From the human T2T-CHM13v2.0 reference genome, Homo sapiens: 64,000 bases of DNA. This document shows positions 48,851 to 61,765 of this stretch, in pieces (the first letter of the stretch is position 1; every line of letters starts with the position of its first letter). The position numbers and the translations under genes are program-made. The stretch is from the NCBI RefSeq assembly GCF_009914755.1, contig NC_060925.1, one strand, 5' to 3'. The notes beneath the pieces were generated by a model. It saw nothing but the letters and a program-made list of their open reading frames with translations. It ran no database searches and was not told where the DNA came from.

Positions 48851-51249
48851 TTCGGGAAGGACGCCCGATGTCCCCCGAAGAGCCTCGACACATATGAGGG
48901 GCCTCCACTCCGCGCTTCCGTTGTCGGCTCAATTACATCCAGGGTTCGTTTTCAGTGAAGTCATCCCTGAGGCTAAACGAAATGAGATTATTTCAGGGCC
49001 ACCACCTCAGGTCTCTGCTATGACTGTAGCAGGAACGAGTCACAGCTCCCTGCAAGTTCTCAGGGCAGAGGAAGTCGGCTCGCCCCGTTCTCTGCAGCTG
49101 CCATTGCAAAATACAGTCTTGGTCAAGTGCAGCCCCCACGGGGTCCCCAAGGCACTTACTTCAAAAGAAACTCAATCACGATCCCGCACAGTGACAGTTC
49201 CGTTGACTGCGATGTCACTGCACAGCTCCGACAGCCAGCGTCCGGTTTTTCCTTGGTAGAAAGCACAGTGCTGCTTTCAGGGCAACGGCAGCCCCACCGT
49301 CCCGGAATTCCCGCTGCAATGGCTGCTTCCGGGGACTGCTCCCAGGACAAGTATCAGCCAGCATCCAGCCCGGGACTGGAAACCACCTTGGGTGCTTCCA
49401 CCGAGGGAGCCCAACCCCAACCCGGAACGGCTGCCTGGGCCTTGGAGGGTGAATGCAGGAAGCAGCCTCCACTCAGGGCTGGGAGGGTGGTGGAGGTGAG
49501 GTTGTCCCGGTCCAGAGGCTCAGGGAGGGGCTGCAGGGTGGAGATGCAGACAGAGGCAGGGGCACCGGGAGGATACTGTGTAGACCCAGGGAGGCAGAGG
49601 AGATGGCCTCGCCCCCGCCTCCTGTCCACGCTGTCCAGAGAGAGGGGTGGGCACAGATGCCGAGGCCCTGCTCACCCGACACCCGGCCGCCTGGCCTTGG
49701 CGCCCGCAGTGCCTCAGTGCTCCTGATCAGTAGCGGAAGGGATGCCCTGGGGAGGGAGGGCTGAGCTCCCAGGGCAGAGACGCACACTCGGGACTTCTAG
49801 GTGCTGCGAGGATGAGGTCAGTTACACCTGCAGGTACATGGGGAAGCTCTTTTGCTTGTTCACGGGTGGAAACGCCACACAGAGGGGCAGCAGTCTCCAT
49901 GCTGGGCCAGCTTGTTTCCAAACCATTATCCCTGATCAGGGCCGTGGGGACCAAGACGGGGGATCCTTGTCTGGGCTCTGTTAACAGAACTCCCAGCATC
50001 CTCCGCCCATCCCATCCTCCTTCCCTCCCTCCCATCCTTCCTCGTTCCTTCCGTTCTTCGTTCGTCAGGTCAGGAGGTGGGCTGGGGCCTGGCTTTCCCA
50101 CCTGCACAACGGGAGATGGGAATGCCCGTCTCCCACTCTGATGGCCGATGTTGAGGACCCCATGACAGGCAAGGGCCCCGAGTGCTCCTGGGAGGGTCTG
50201 GTGTTCTGACAAGTCAGCCACAGCCCTGGCTGGGCATGAATATTCAGGGCAGCCCATGAGGGTGGGAAACAGGGCAGCCCCGCCCCGCCCTGCCCTGCCC
50301 GGCCGGCCAGGAGTGTCCACTTGGGGTTTGGTGCCAGCCAGGGCTGTAGCCCACCGTGCTGCTCACCCACTGGCCAGGCACCCGTAAGCTCCACACCAAG
50401 GGTGGGTGGGCGGGCAGGTGGGTGGCAGGGCTGTGGAAGCTAGTGAGTGCCAGGCCTGCTCCTCGGTGCCTCGGACCCGTGGGCCTCCGGCTGCACCTGT
50501 CCCCGCGTCCCTGGGGCGCTGACCTCAGGGTTTCTCCCTGCAGCTTCACCTTCACAGATCAGCAGTGTTGGAGGGTTGGGTTTACCCCTCACCTCCCTAC
50601 CCACTCAGGTGCAGGAGGGCTGGGCTGACGCCTCCCAGGAAGGCCCAGCTCCTCACGGAGGGTGGCCCTCCCCTGTGGCCACCGGGGACCCTCTGTGCTC
50701 CAGCCCCCCAGGCCCAGCGGTCAGGACATCATAAGGAATGCTGTGGCTGGGGCTTTGAGAATCCGGTCCCCCACCAGCTCCTCTGACCCGCCTGCACCTC
50801 TGCACCAGGCCCTTCTGCTGCTTCCCCTCCAGGGCTGTGGCCCCTCACGGGGGGTTTGTAGACGTACCCAGGGCCCAGCTGACCTGCCAGGGCCAGTGCC
50901 CTTTCCTCCCGATGGCAGCTCACTGGCAAGGTCTGGAGGAGGCTGCTCCCAGTGCCCACAGAGGACCCTCAATGGGGCGGGGCAGGGCAGTGCCACCTGC
51001 CTGGCGCCGGGCACCCCCACCCTCCTGGGAGCCATGGTGCTGGAGGATGAGGACAGTCCTGCCTCTGAAAAGCCGTGGCCCTGAACCCACAGCAGGGATG
51101 GGAGTGCCCGATTCAGACGCTGTCTGCCATCTGCACTTGGGGCAAACTCTCCTGTCCCTGAGAGGCTTACCTGGCTGCAGGGAGGGAGGAGCCCAGCCGT
51201 GCGGGGATGTTTATCTCTGCAGAGGAGCTCTCCTGGGCGACAGCCCCCT

Positions 51250-51565
51250 CGCACTGTAATTCAAGGGATTTTCCTCGCGTGTCATTTTTAATAGATGTGA
51301 TTACGGTTTGGAGTCTGATATTCTGGTAATTATCTTCCTGGGCTTAATCCCCATGCCCTCATAATGCCATTAGGGACTCGACATGAGAGTCTTAAAACAG
51401 TGATTATTTATCGCGCGTGCCTTCAGCTCAGAGCAATCCTGACCGCGTTCCGCCGCTTCAGGGAGCGAGGGTGGGGCTCTGGGGCGCTCAGACGGCCTCT
51501 CCCGCGGCAGCTTTGCTAACTGCTACTCGAGCTTTGATGCGCGGCCAAGATGGAATCAGGGGTCA
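51250..51565. promoter_or_regulatory. AT-rich plus CpG candidate conserved enhancer
   Basis: GGGATTTTCC 51265-51274, TAATTA, TAATCC 51345-51350, P3 site TAATGCCATTA 51362-51372, CTTTGAT 51532-51538. Confidence 0.6.
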
Positions 51566-51804
51566 GACCTCAGCTGTGAGAGCTGCAGCCTCCAGTCCCA
51601 GCTGCTCGGGGACAGAGCTGTGTCCAGCCAGGCCTTGTCCCCAGTCCCCCAGGGCCGCCTGTGTGCAGTTCCCGCCAGCATCCCTCAGGGGCCTCTGGAC
51701 AGCAGGGGGATCAGGAGCAGGGTTTCCGTTCCTGTCGCACCAGGGCCCTGGTGTGTGACCTTCGCTGAGCTGCTTTTCCTGCCGGTCTGTAAAATGGACA
51801 CAGT

Positions 51805-52281
51805 AAAAAGACCTGCCTCGAAACTAAAATGCATATTCCTCAGTGAAAGGAGCCAGTCTGAAAACGCCGCTCACCGTGAGATTCCAGCTCAAGGGCATTC
51901 TGGAGAAGGTGGAACTCTGGAGGCAGCCAAAAGATGAGAGGGTGCCAGGGACTCAGGGGAGGGAGGGAGGAAGGCACAGGTGGAGCAGGGAGATCTCCAG
52001 GGCGTGGGCTCCTCCGCAGGACCCCGCAGTGGTGGATCCACGCCATCACACGCCTGTCCACACCCACGGAATGCAGGGTAGAGAGCGAGCCCGGCGGTGA
52101 CTCTGGGCGCGGGGTAAGGCGGTGTAAATGCGGGGTCAGCCACGGTGGCAAGTGCACCATGCTGTGGGGCGGGTGTGGCTGATGGGGGTGGCTGTCCTCA
52201 CATGGGGACTCAGTGCCTTCCACACAATTTTGCAGTGAGCCTAAAACTGCTCTAAATAATAAAGTCTAGTGGAAAAAAAAA
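51805..52281 (+). mobile_element. L1MC1/2-type LINE-1 3' end
   Basis: aaatgcatattcctcagtgaaaggagccagtctgaaaa...caattttgcagtgagcctaaaactgctctaaataataaagtcta plus A tail. Confidence 0.88.
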
Positions 52282-52639
52282 GCCCACCTCCTCGGGGACA
52301 GTGAGCCCTGAAGGAGAAGCTGTGCCCAGCTCACAGTCACAGCGCGGCTTGAGACGCTGCCCTTGTGGTCAGCTTGGCTCAGACCTCGGCTCTGCACCTG
52401 CCCTGAACTGAGGGAGATGGACAGAGACCTCCTTGCTCCAGGTGGAGCCAGCATAGGAGAGCTGGAAGCCGGTGGGATGGGGCCGGGGGCGCTGCGGACC
52501 CCTGTGGGTTGGCATCAGTAAGTGGCAGGGGCTGCAGTGTGCCTGTGCTCCCCAGGTCACCCCGAGCGCCTCTGCACTCTGCGCCAGGGTGAGAGCCGGC
52601 AGAGAGACGTCCCTGGGGGCTGGTGGCGCTTGGCGGTTC

Positions 52640-52830
52640 TGGGAAGCAAAAGTTGGTTTGGAATCTTTGTTAACAGCTGGGCATACATCTTTTAAATTAT
52701 AAATCGATAAATAGTTAATTCAATAATAGAACTCTTTTGAATATTTCATGCTGCCCATGCGCTGCGACGCTCTGCATAGATGATGAAGTGGCAGAGGAAT
52801 TAGAGTCAAACTCCCCCAACTCCTATGAGC
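52640..52830. promoter_or_regulatory. AT-rich candidate regulatory island
   Basis: TAAATTA, AAATCGATA (ONECUT/CUX type) 52701-52709, GTTAATT. Confidence 0.4.
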
Positions 52831-52984
52831 GCGGTCATGGGCTCGGCTTGGAGTGGGCACCTGTCAGTTACAGGCTGGGCCCTCACTGTCCCGGCTCTCC
52901 ACTCACCTGGGACCACATGAGGGGCCTCACCCGTGATTAAATGCCAGATGCTCAGAGGGGAGATGGAGGTTTGAGGAGAAGAAA

Positions 52985-53400
52985 GTGTTGGCTGCAAATT
53001 CCTGTGTTAAAGTCCTGATCCCTGGACCTCAGACTGTAACTCTGTTTGGAGACAGGGCCTTTAAAGTGGTGAGTGAGTTTAGGGTGGGCCCTCTGGTGAG
53101 CGAGGTTAGGGTGGGCCCTCTGGTGAGCGAGGTTAGGGTGGGCCCTCCGGTGAGCGAGGTTAGGGTGGGCCCTCCGGTGAGCGAGGTTAGGGTGAGCCCT
53201 CTGGTGAGTGAGGTTAGGGTGGGCCCTCGTCCAGTGTCACTGGTGCCTTCTAAGGAGAGGAGATTCAGACCCAGACACACAGGGCGATGGCCCTGTGGGG
53301 ACACCGGGAGGAGACGGTATCCACAAGCCCAGGAGAGAGGCTTGGGGAAGAACCAGCTCTGCTGCCACCGTGACCTTGGGCTTCAGTCTGCAGGACCCCC
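52985..53400 (+). mobile_element. MLT1A/B-type MaLR LTR fragment containing a VNTR
   Basis: gtttggagacagggcctttaaag..ttagggtgggccct..cactggtgccttctaaggagaggagattcagac..acaagcccaggagagagg. Confidence 0.85.
53067..53228. repeat. 27-bp minisatellite, 6 copies
   Basis: Unit TGGTGAGCGAGGTTAGGGTGGGCCCTC. Confidence 0.96.
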
Positions 53401-55094
53401 ACAGCAATATTCCTGCCCCCAGCTCCCTCCCCGCCCTGCTGTGTCCCACCCTGGGGTCAGCAGCGGGCCAGGCCAGAGAGTCTGTGCGATGTGCTCTGAG
53501 AAGCTGCAGGAAGCAGTGCCTGGGAGACCCGACGGAAGTCCTGGGCCAAGCCAAGCAGAGGGGACCTCACTGCCACGATCGCCCGCTGCACCCAGCACAG
53601 TATCCCCGGGCGTTTGGGAGAGACGCTGGCCGGCACAGCCTATGTCCTGGATCCCGTCACTTGCCCTGTGCTGTTCCTGGACTGTCTGACCTAGAGAAGG
53701 GCCGTGTGTGAGCACATCCAGGCAGAGCAAGTGCGCAGCTCAGAAAACCAGTGCTGGCTCCAGCAGGTCTGGGTCAGACAGTGCCCCCTTCCCCCATGAG
53801 CCTTGTAGCTTGGGGACACCTCTGACCTTAGGCCACGCCTCTGTACTGTGCCTACACCATGTGTGGCTCCATGCTCCGCACAGTGAGGCTGCCACGTGGC
53901 CCTGAGGTTGCTTCTGCTGTTCGTGGTTGCCCTGGGTGTCTCCTGCCTGGACCCTGGCCTAGGAGTGGGCATCAACCAGGCAGAGCAAAGTCCAGCTGTA
54001 CCACCAGGGCCCATGTGCGCCTACCTGGGGCCCGGCTCACAGACCAGCACGTGGTTCTGGCCTGAAAATCCGTCTTAGCAAGTCCTGGCGCCAACTGGGG
54101 CCTCCGAGCCTGGGCCCTGCCGGATCCTGGCTTTGTCCAGAAGAGGGTTTTGCCACTGTCAGGGGACCTTGGCGTGCCATATGCTCCGGCCCCTGGAAGT
54201 CAAGGCTCAGGTCGTGGAGTTAGGTTGAGCTTGGGGATTTTCCAGGTCAGAGAACCTGGGGCAGGTGGGGCTCTACTCACCCACCCAGCTCTGGCTTCCA
54301 AGGGGAAGCTCAGAGAGGAGTTTCCTGATCACGCCCTTTGAGCTCCATAGAGCCGGGTGTGACACTGGCTAGGATATGCGGACCCCTGTGACTTGATACT
54401 TGTTTGTTTACTCACATACTCACTTCTTTATGGCCTGCATCTCCATTAAGCTGGGGGTCCCACGGGGGCAGGCTGATGCCTGGGGACATGGCAGCGTCAA
54501 GGGTGTGTGGCATCCAGGCGCCCAGGGGCTGGGCAGCCCTGCCCAGGATCTAAGCCTGCGCATGGCACCAGGAGTCAGCTTTTTGTTGTCAATGTCTCTG
54601 GCAGCAAATCACCCCCATCCTTTGCCCAAAGGGTCAAGTGGGGCTTGACCAGAACCCCACCTCCAAGAGTGGGCACGCACTCAGGTCCAGCCCAGCCTCC
54701 CAGACCTCAGTGAGGGGCGGAAGGTGGTCACACAGCTTGAACTTGGCCCATCAGAGTCCACCTGGGGTGTTCCTCACCTTCCTTGTGAGAGGTGATGCTG
54801 CTGCTCTTTCAAGTTATTAAGAAGTCCTGGGTGCTTTGCCGCCCAGCCATGCTCACTCAAAATGTGGCGAGTGAGACCGTGCCCACCCATGGTCCGGGCC
54901 CTGGATCCTGCGGAGCCGGAAGCCAGCTGTATCCCTGGATGTCCCGTTTGGCTGTGCGGTGACTTTTCTGTGTGAGCTGCTCTGAGCTGTGTTCTGCAAC
55001 TGCAACTGGAAGAGTCCCATACGGTGCAAGCATGGGGTCGGGGTCAATGGTTTGGTCTGCGGGCAACACCCTTGGAGAGGCTTTGGAGGACAGA

Positions 55095-55400
55095 GCCTGT
55101 GAGTGCAGGAGGTCCGTGAGTGCAGGGGGCCCATGAGTGTGGGGGGCCCGTGAGTGTGGGGGGCCCATGAGTGCGGGGGCCCATGAGTGCGGGGGACTCG
55201 TGAGTGCAGGAGGCCTGTGAGTGCAGGGGGCCCGTGAGTGCAGGGGTCCCGTGAGTGTGGGGGGCCCGTGAGTGCGAGGGGGCCTTGAGTGCGGGGGACC
55301 TGTGAGTGCAGGGGGCCCGTGAGTGCAGGAGGCCCATGAGTGAAGGGGGCCCATGAGTTCAGGGTGCCTGTGAGTGCAGGAGGCACGTGAGTGCAGGGAC
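55095..55400. repeat. 17-bp minisatellite, ~18 copies
   Basis: Unit GTGAGTGCAGGGGGCCC. Confidence 0.96.
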
Positions 55401-56619
55401 CTCCCCAGGGCTACAGCAGGATGGGGCACACTGGGGGTTTGTGACGTCCATCACCCGGCCTCCCTGTGTTGGGACCTCAGCAAGTGGCACAAGGCAGAGG
55501 CCAAGAAACTGCCCATGACACCTTCCTGGCTCCACCAGCTCTGCCCCAAGGGCTGGCCGTGTCCAGGACACAGCTCTGGCCCTGAGCCCTGCCTCTCCTG
55601 CGTGTGTCAGGCCCTGCCCCTTCAGCTGAGTGGCCTCCACTGCCTGCCCCCAACCAGCTAGCTGAGTGGGAGGATGAGGGTCATGGGGAGGCTCAGGGGC
55701 CTCCGGGAGCAGAGCATAGCTTGGCTCGATGCACCTGCCCGGCTTGGCCTCAGGTGGCTTCCGCAGGGAGGAGAAGCCATGAGATGCGGCCCATTGATCC
55801 ATGCAGGCTTTGTGAGCCGCGGCTCAGCAGGGGCGACCATTGTCCGGGGAGCAAGGCTGTGCCCCTCACTAGGAAACAGGGGTGCAGGAGCATCAGCCCA
55901 GGTCAGGGATGGACAGCCCCCAGGCTACCCAAGCCCTGTGTTGGGCCCCGTTAATCCTTCAAGGGGCCTCAGAAAACCCTTGGGGTGGGGGTGTCCTCCC
56001 TGGGTCCCAGGGACCCTGGCCCAAGGGGCACTCTCTCGGTGAGTTGAGTCGGTGACGTATTCAGTAGGCCACATCGCTGTCTCCTCCTGAGAGTTCTGGA
56101 CCTGGGGTACTCTGGCGCCCACCCACCTGGGGGTCAGTGTTCTAGGCAGTGGCAGTATTTGGCAGCTGCAGGGGCCGTGCCTACCTGGAGCCTCTGACGT
56201 GGGTCTCCAAGCATCTTGTCTGGAGGCCTGAGGGGTGGTGGGGTGCAGTGGGCCAGGGTCCCCATGGCAGTTCTGAGCCCCCAGGGCCAGGCCCGCCAAG
56301 CCACTCTTGCTGAGCCACCCTGGTGTGTCCTGGGTCCCCCTTGCTCCCTGTGGCCAGTGTAGATGGGAGGTGCAGAGGGTGCTGCCCGCGAGGTTCCTGA
56401 GTCTTTCTCTGTGCACAGATGAGAGGCAGGTGAGCTCCTGGGCCGAGGTGTCATCCAGAGGTCTGGGCGTTGCCCCTTGGAGACACTTGCACGGGGGTCT
56501 GGGCGCCAGGACGCTGGAGGCGTGGGATGATGGCGATTCGTCTCCCATCTTCAAGGCCAACACAGATAGGCGGTCCACTGTCCCAGTGGGACCTGACGTG
56601 GCCCAGAGTGGACGGTGGC

Positions 56620-56965
56620 CCCTACCCAGGCGCGCGCGTGGCCCCAGATCCCGCGCTGAGTCCCTGCACCGCGGCCGCCGCGGCGCTGCTGTCCCCGAGA
56701 GGCAGCCCTGTCTCTGCTGGCCCGTTAACTGTGCTGGCAGAGCTGTTACCGTGACAGTAGATTAATATCTCTTTAGTCAGCCAAAATGAACATGGCATGC
56801 TGGTGACAGTCCAATTTTCTGCTAACAGATTGTGGCCTATCGAAACCCGGCGCTCAGCTGATTTTTATTTCTGCCAGAGATAATTCAGCGCGGGAGGAGC
56901 GGCCGCCACCATCCCATCCACCAGCGCCGTTCAATATATCCCGCGCCGGCGTTTCTCACCCACTG
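56620..56965. promoter_or_regulatory. CpG-flanked AT-rich candidate conserved enhancer
   Basis: GCGGCCGC at 56671 and 56899 bracket a core with two GTGACAGT (56751, 56803), AGATTAAT and AGATAATT. Confidence 0.6.
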
Positions 56966-57651
56966 TCAGGAGGCTGCCCGAGGGACTCCGAGGGCCTGCG
57001 GCATTTAGAGGCTGTCTCAGAGCCCAGAGGCACGGCTGCTGCTGCGATCAATGCTGAGCCTGGACTTGCCTGTTTCCAGGCTTGGGGGCTGCGGGGGAGC
57101 TCAGGGTCTGAGAGGAGGAAGGGGGAGGGTGGGGCGGGCTGGTGGGCACACGAGCACAGGTGTGTGTGTGTGTGTGTGCGCGCAGGATGCGTGTGTGTTT
57201 TGGAGTGTGTGGGTGTATGTAGGGTGCCCGTGACTGTGTGTGTGTAAGCACGTGGCTGTGTGCATGTATGTGTGAGTGTGAGTGACCTTGTGGGTGCACA
57301 CGTATGGGGACTGAGAGCCTGTGTGGGGGCACAGGCTTTGCATGCCTCTCAGGCCTCCTCTCCTGGCTGCAGGAAGTCACCTATTTCCCATTTTCTCTGC
57401 AGGATGTGGAGAGCAGCCCTTACCTGGCCTGCTCCCGGAGAAGTGTCAGGGGATCCATGACCCAGGGGCGTGGGAGGTGGAGCTCCCTCCCACCTCATTG
57501 GGTGGGAGGTCAGGTGGCTCTTGGGCGAGGCAGGCAGAACCCAGACAGAGTAGGCCTCAGCTTTAAGGATGGTGATCCTGGGGAGTCCAGCTGCTCCGGG
57601 CAGCTCTTCCGAGAGGCAGCTGGTACACCCCAAGTGGAGGAAGCTCTCTTA

Positions 57652-57837
<186 letters not shown>

Positions 57838-60799
57838 TAATGCGACTGATGTGGCCCCACCAGCTGCTTTTTCCCAGGGTTGTTGGGGGCCTATGCAACC
57901 ACCTGCAGCCCTCCCTAGGGGACCATCCCAGAAGCTGCACCGCAGCCCAGCTTGGCTCAGGACCGGATTCCTGGGTCATTAGCGGACTATAACCCCCATC
58001 CCCAGCAGCCAGAGCCTCCCCGCAGGTTGATCTTCCCGGGTGTTTGAGTCTGAATGCTGTGCTTCCCCTTCAGGCTGGGGAGGGGAGGGAAGGGGTCCCC
58101 AGGGCAGGGAGCCAGGCCTGACTCATAGAGGGCCTAGCGAGCGGGGCTGGCCAACTTCCCCTTCGGATCCCTGTCACCATCACCAAGTCCTTCTGTAAGA
58201 AAGATTGTGCGAGAGACTGTCATTAGAGGTCACGCTTCTGGAAGGTTCTTGCTCTCGGCGAGCTCAGTCAGGAAGATGCTGGTGCCAGCATCCGACATGG
58301 CTGCTGGGGATGGGAGGAAGTGCCCACTGCCTCAGCATCAGCATTAGCATCCCTGCTTGGGTCACTGCATCCCAGTGGCCCCAGCCCAGGCCTCAGAACC
58401 CACCCCGGCCTGTTGTGACTTGTTCAGCCTCCTGCCTGCCCCGGGTGAAGCCACGCTGGCCCTGCCCTCCTGGTGCCAGCTTCGTCCCATTCATTCAGGG
58501 GCTCAGACGGGGATCGCCATCCCTGTTCCCCCGTCACTCTGCTTCCCTGCTGGATCTCCTCATGGTTAAACCCACCTGGGAAGAGGAGGGCGAGGCCACC
58601 CCACCGCATGTGGTTCCCAGGCTGCCTCGTGTGTCTGCTCTGCACGCTTCTCCCGAGTGCTGCCTGTGCTGAGGTCTCCACAGGGGGGCGGCCTGAGTGT
58701 GGTCACAGCCCAGCAGGGACACAACGCAGAAAAAATGACCCTCGGCAATGTCCCGTTCAGGGTGGCGCTTGTGCTGTTGCCACCCTGCTCGTGTCCAGGC
58801 AGACATCACTAAACTGCTCCATCAAACCCCAGACCTGGGCTGGCATCTCCTGTGTCCCCACCATGTCTTGGTCCAGCGACATCAGCACCCGCACCAAGGG
58901 GACACCACCGCCTTCCTCCCACCACCCCTGGAGGCATGAACTCTCACCCCAGAGGAGACAGCACCTTGCCCAGGGCACTCAGCGGCACATGTGGTCGTGT
59001 GCCCAGCTCAGTCCTCGAGGTCTTGCCCACCCTTCATAGGACCTGACCAATTGCCCTGGGGCAGGCACCACGTTGCCCATCAAAGAAAGCAGTGCTGCCT
59101 TTGATTAGTGATGTCTGCCAGCCCCCAGCCCCTGGTTTTAGGACCAGCTCTCAGGGACCAACCTTCCAGCCTCCTGGGATCCCTGCACTGCTCAGAAAGG
59201 TGCTTGGCAGACTCCACCCTCAGGAACATGGGTGCTGGAGCTGCAAGGTCCCAGGGGGCCCAGAGGGGACCCGTGGAGTCAGTGATTCTAGGGGACATTT
59301 AATGCAGGGCTGCTGGCAAACCTGAAGGCAGGGAGGACTTGGTAGCCCCCTGGCCTTGGGGGTGAGGATGGGTAGAAGGCGAGGGGGTCTGGGTAGCCAT
59401 CAGCAGAGCTGGGTCTTCCAGTGGAGCTTGGCCACCCCCACCAGGGAATGGGTGTGCTTCCCTCCTCACTGCCACCTACACAGGATCCCACTGGATGAGG
59501 CCAGAGGACACAGGTGTTACTGGCCACTGTGCACCAGATGGGGCAGAAAGGGACCCCTGGCCAGGTGGGCTCCCAGTGCCCACGCCCCGATCTCTGATAA
59601 TGGACGGTGATTTAGCCTTTCTGTGCCCAAGGCGTCTCCATCTGCCCCTGGCAGGGCTTTCCTGGGCAAGCTGGCGGGGGAGGTGCAGGCTGTCCTGGAG
59701 CCCTGCATGTGCTCTCCCCGGGGAGCATCTTCCATGGAGGGCCGGGCTTGCTGTCTGCTCCGGGAGCATTGGGGCCCTTTTCCTTCAGGGCCTGCTGAGC
59801 CCCCTGTCCTGCTCCTGGTCCCAGGACCTCCACCTGTTGGGCCTACCTGGGAAACTTCCTGTGTCCATTCCTGTGTCACAGGGTCTCTCCCTGAGGGGCC
59901 CCGCTGGCTGGACAGCAGGGGATTCTGACTCCTTTCTATGTGGATTTGTGCAAACGACAGTGACGATGATGGTGATGGGGGGCCAGGCTCAGAGCAGGAT
60001 GAGGGAGGCTGGGCCAGACTCAGAGCAGGATGGGGGAAGCTGGGCCAGTGACTCCCGATGTTGTTGGCAGAAGCCACATGGACCCAGGGGCGTTGGATCC
60101 TGCACATGCATTTGCCTGCCCCAGCCCTTTGTACACAGTGGCCTGGCTTGCAGGAGCTTCCAGAGAGCTCTAGAGGGAGGCAGAAAGCTGTTTCTCCAGA
60201 AAGGCCTCCTGAGAAAGATCCAGGCACAGGCCCCAGGTCCTTATCCCCACCAGGAAGGACCCATGGCTGGCTTAGCTCCGGGGGGAGGGAATGTCCAGCC
60301 CCTGAGCCCTGCAGGGGTGGGTGAGGGTGTGGGAGTCTGCCCCGCGGCAGATCCACGAAGGGATGGATGTCCATAGGGCTGAAGCCGTGGCTCAAACATG
60401 AGATAAATTTGTCCCCACTTAGATTGACTTTGTTGCCCAAACGCCTGAATTGCCAACTTGAACCCTGAGGGCAGGACATAAACCCCACCCTGTGCGTTTC
60501 TGCTGAGTCTGTCTTAAGAGTCCAAGGAGGGGCAGTGGGGGAGGACAGAGCCTTTTCGAGTTCCTGGCTTGACAGTGCAGGAACTGTGCCAGGGTGCCGG
60601 AAGGTGATCACCTCCCACGCCAGGTACATGAAATTTACTTGGCCCCAAACCCTCTGGCCTGAGGGGCCTGTAGGACAACCCGAGCTTGGGCTGCCACTGC
60701 CTGAAGCTCTCCGCAACTCTGGAAACCTTCCGGTGTGGGGCCACCCCCTCCCACCATGCTGACAATTCCTGAGGGACAAAAGCTGCAGAAGGCTAGGCC

Positions 60800-61765
60800 A
60801 GTGCACGTGTCCACACGTGCACACATACACACTCCTACAACACACACACGTGTCCACACATGCACACATACACACTCCCACAGCACGCATGCACACATGT
60901 ACACACACGCAGACATACACTCTTGCAGAGCACACACATGCACACATGTACACACACGCACATATACATGCTGCACACCACACACATACATGTACAAGCC
61001 CATGCAGCACATACATGCACACACATGCATAAATGTATGCATATGCACACACTCACAACACACACATGCACACATGTCCACACATGAACATATACACACT
61101 CCCACGGCACACACACACACACACGTCCACACATGCACATACACACCTGCACAGCGCACAGCACACGTATACACCCACACAGCAATACATGCACACATGA
61201 ATGCACTCACAAAGCACAGACATACACACATGTGCACACATGCACACACCCATGCTTGCACTGTACACACATGCACACACAACATACAATGCACACATGC
61301 CACACATGCCACACATGCACACATACTTGTACAGCACACCTACACATATACACAAACACAACACACACAGCACTCATGTACACACGTGTGTACATAAAAC
61401 AATGAACATATGTGCACAATGCACACACTGCACACACATACACATGCACACACATGCATTCATACTTGCAGTCTACACACATGCATATGTACACATGCAC
61501 ACATACACTATGCACACACAAACATACATGCACATCTGCACACAGCACATACATTAACACAATCATGTGCACACCCACATGTTTGCCCACATGTGCACAT
61601 GTACAGCCGGTGCCCATGTGTGCACATATCCACATGTACACATGCATGTGTTTGCACATGAAAATACACATGGACACATATGCACATGGACACACCCACG
61701 CAGATGTATGTCCATACACCCACCTACATGTGTACCCACACATGACGTACATGTACACACACTCC
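60800..61765. repeat. ~960-bp degenerate (CA)-rich tract
   Basis: Direct inspection. Confidence 0.95.

Noticed and set aside
53067-53228. Interstitial telomeric sequence (TTAGGG in each unit)
   Set aside because: Single hexamers 27 bp apart, inherited from the MLT1 motif; no tandem TTAGGG and no TAGGGTT core
57380-57410. Strong-looking splice acceptor TTTCCCATTTTCTCTGCAG|G (also 39590-39604)
   Set aside because: No convincing paired donor or other support
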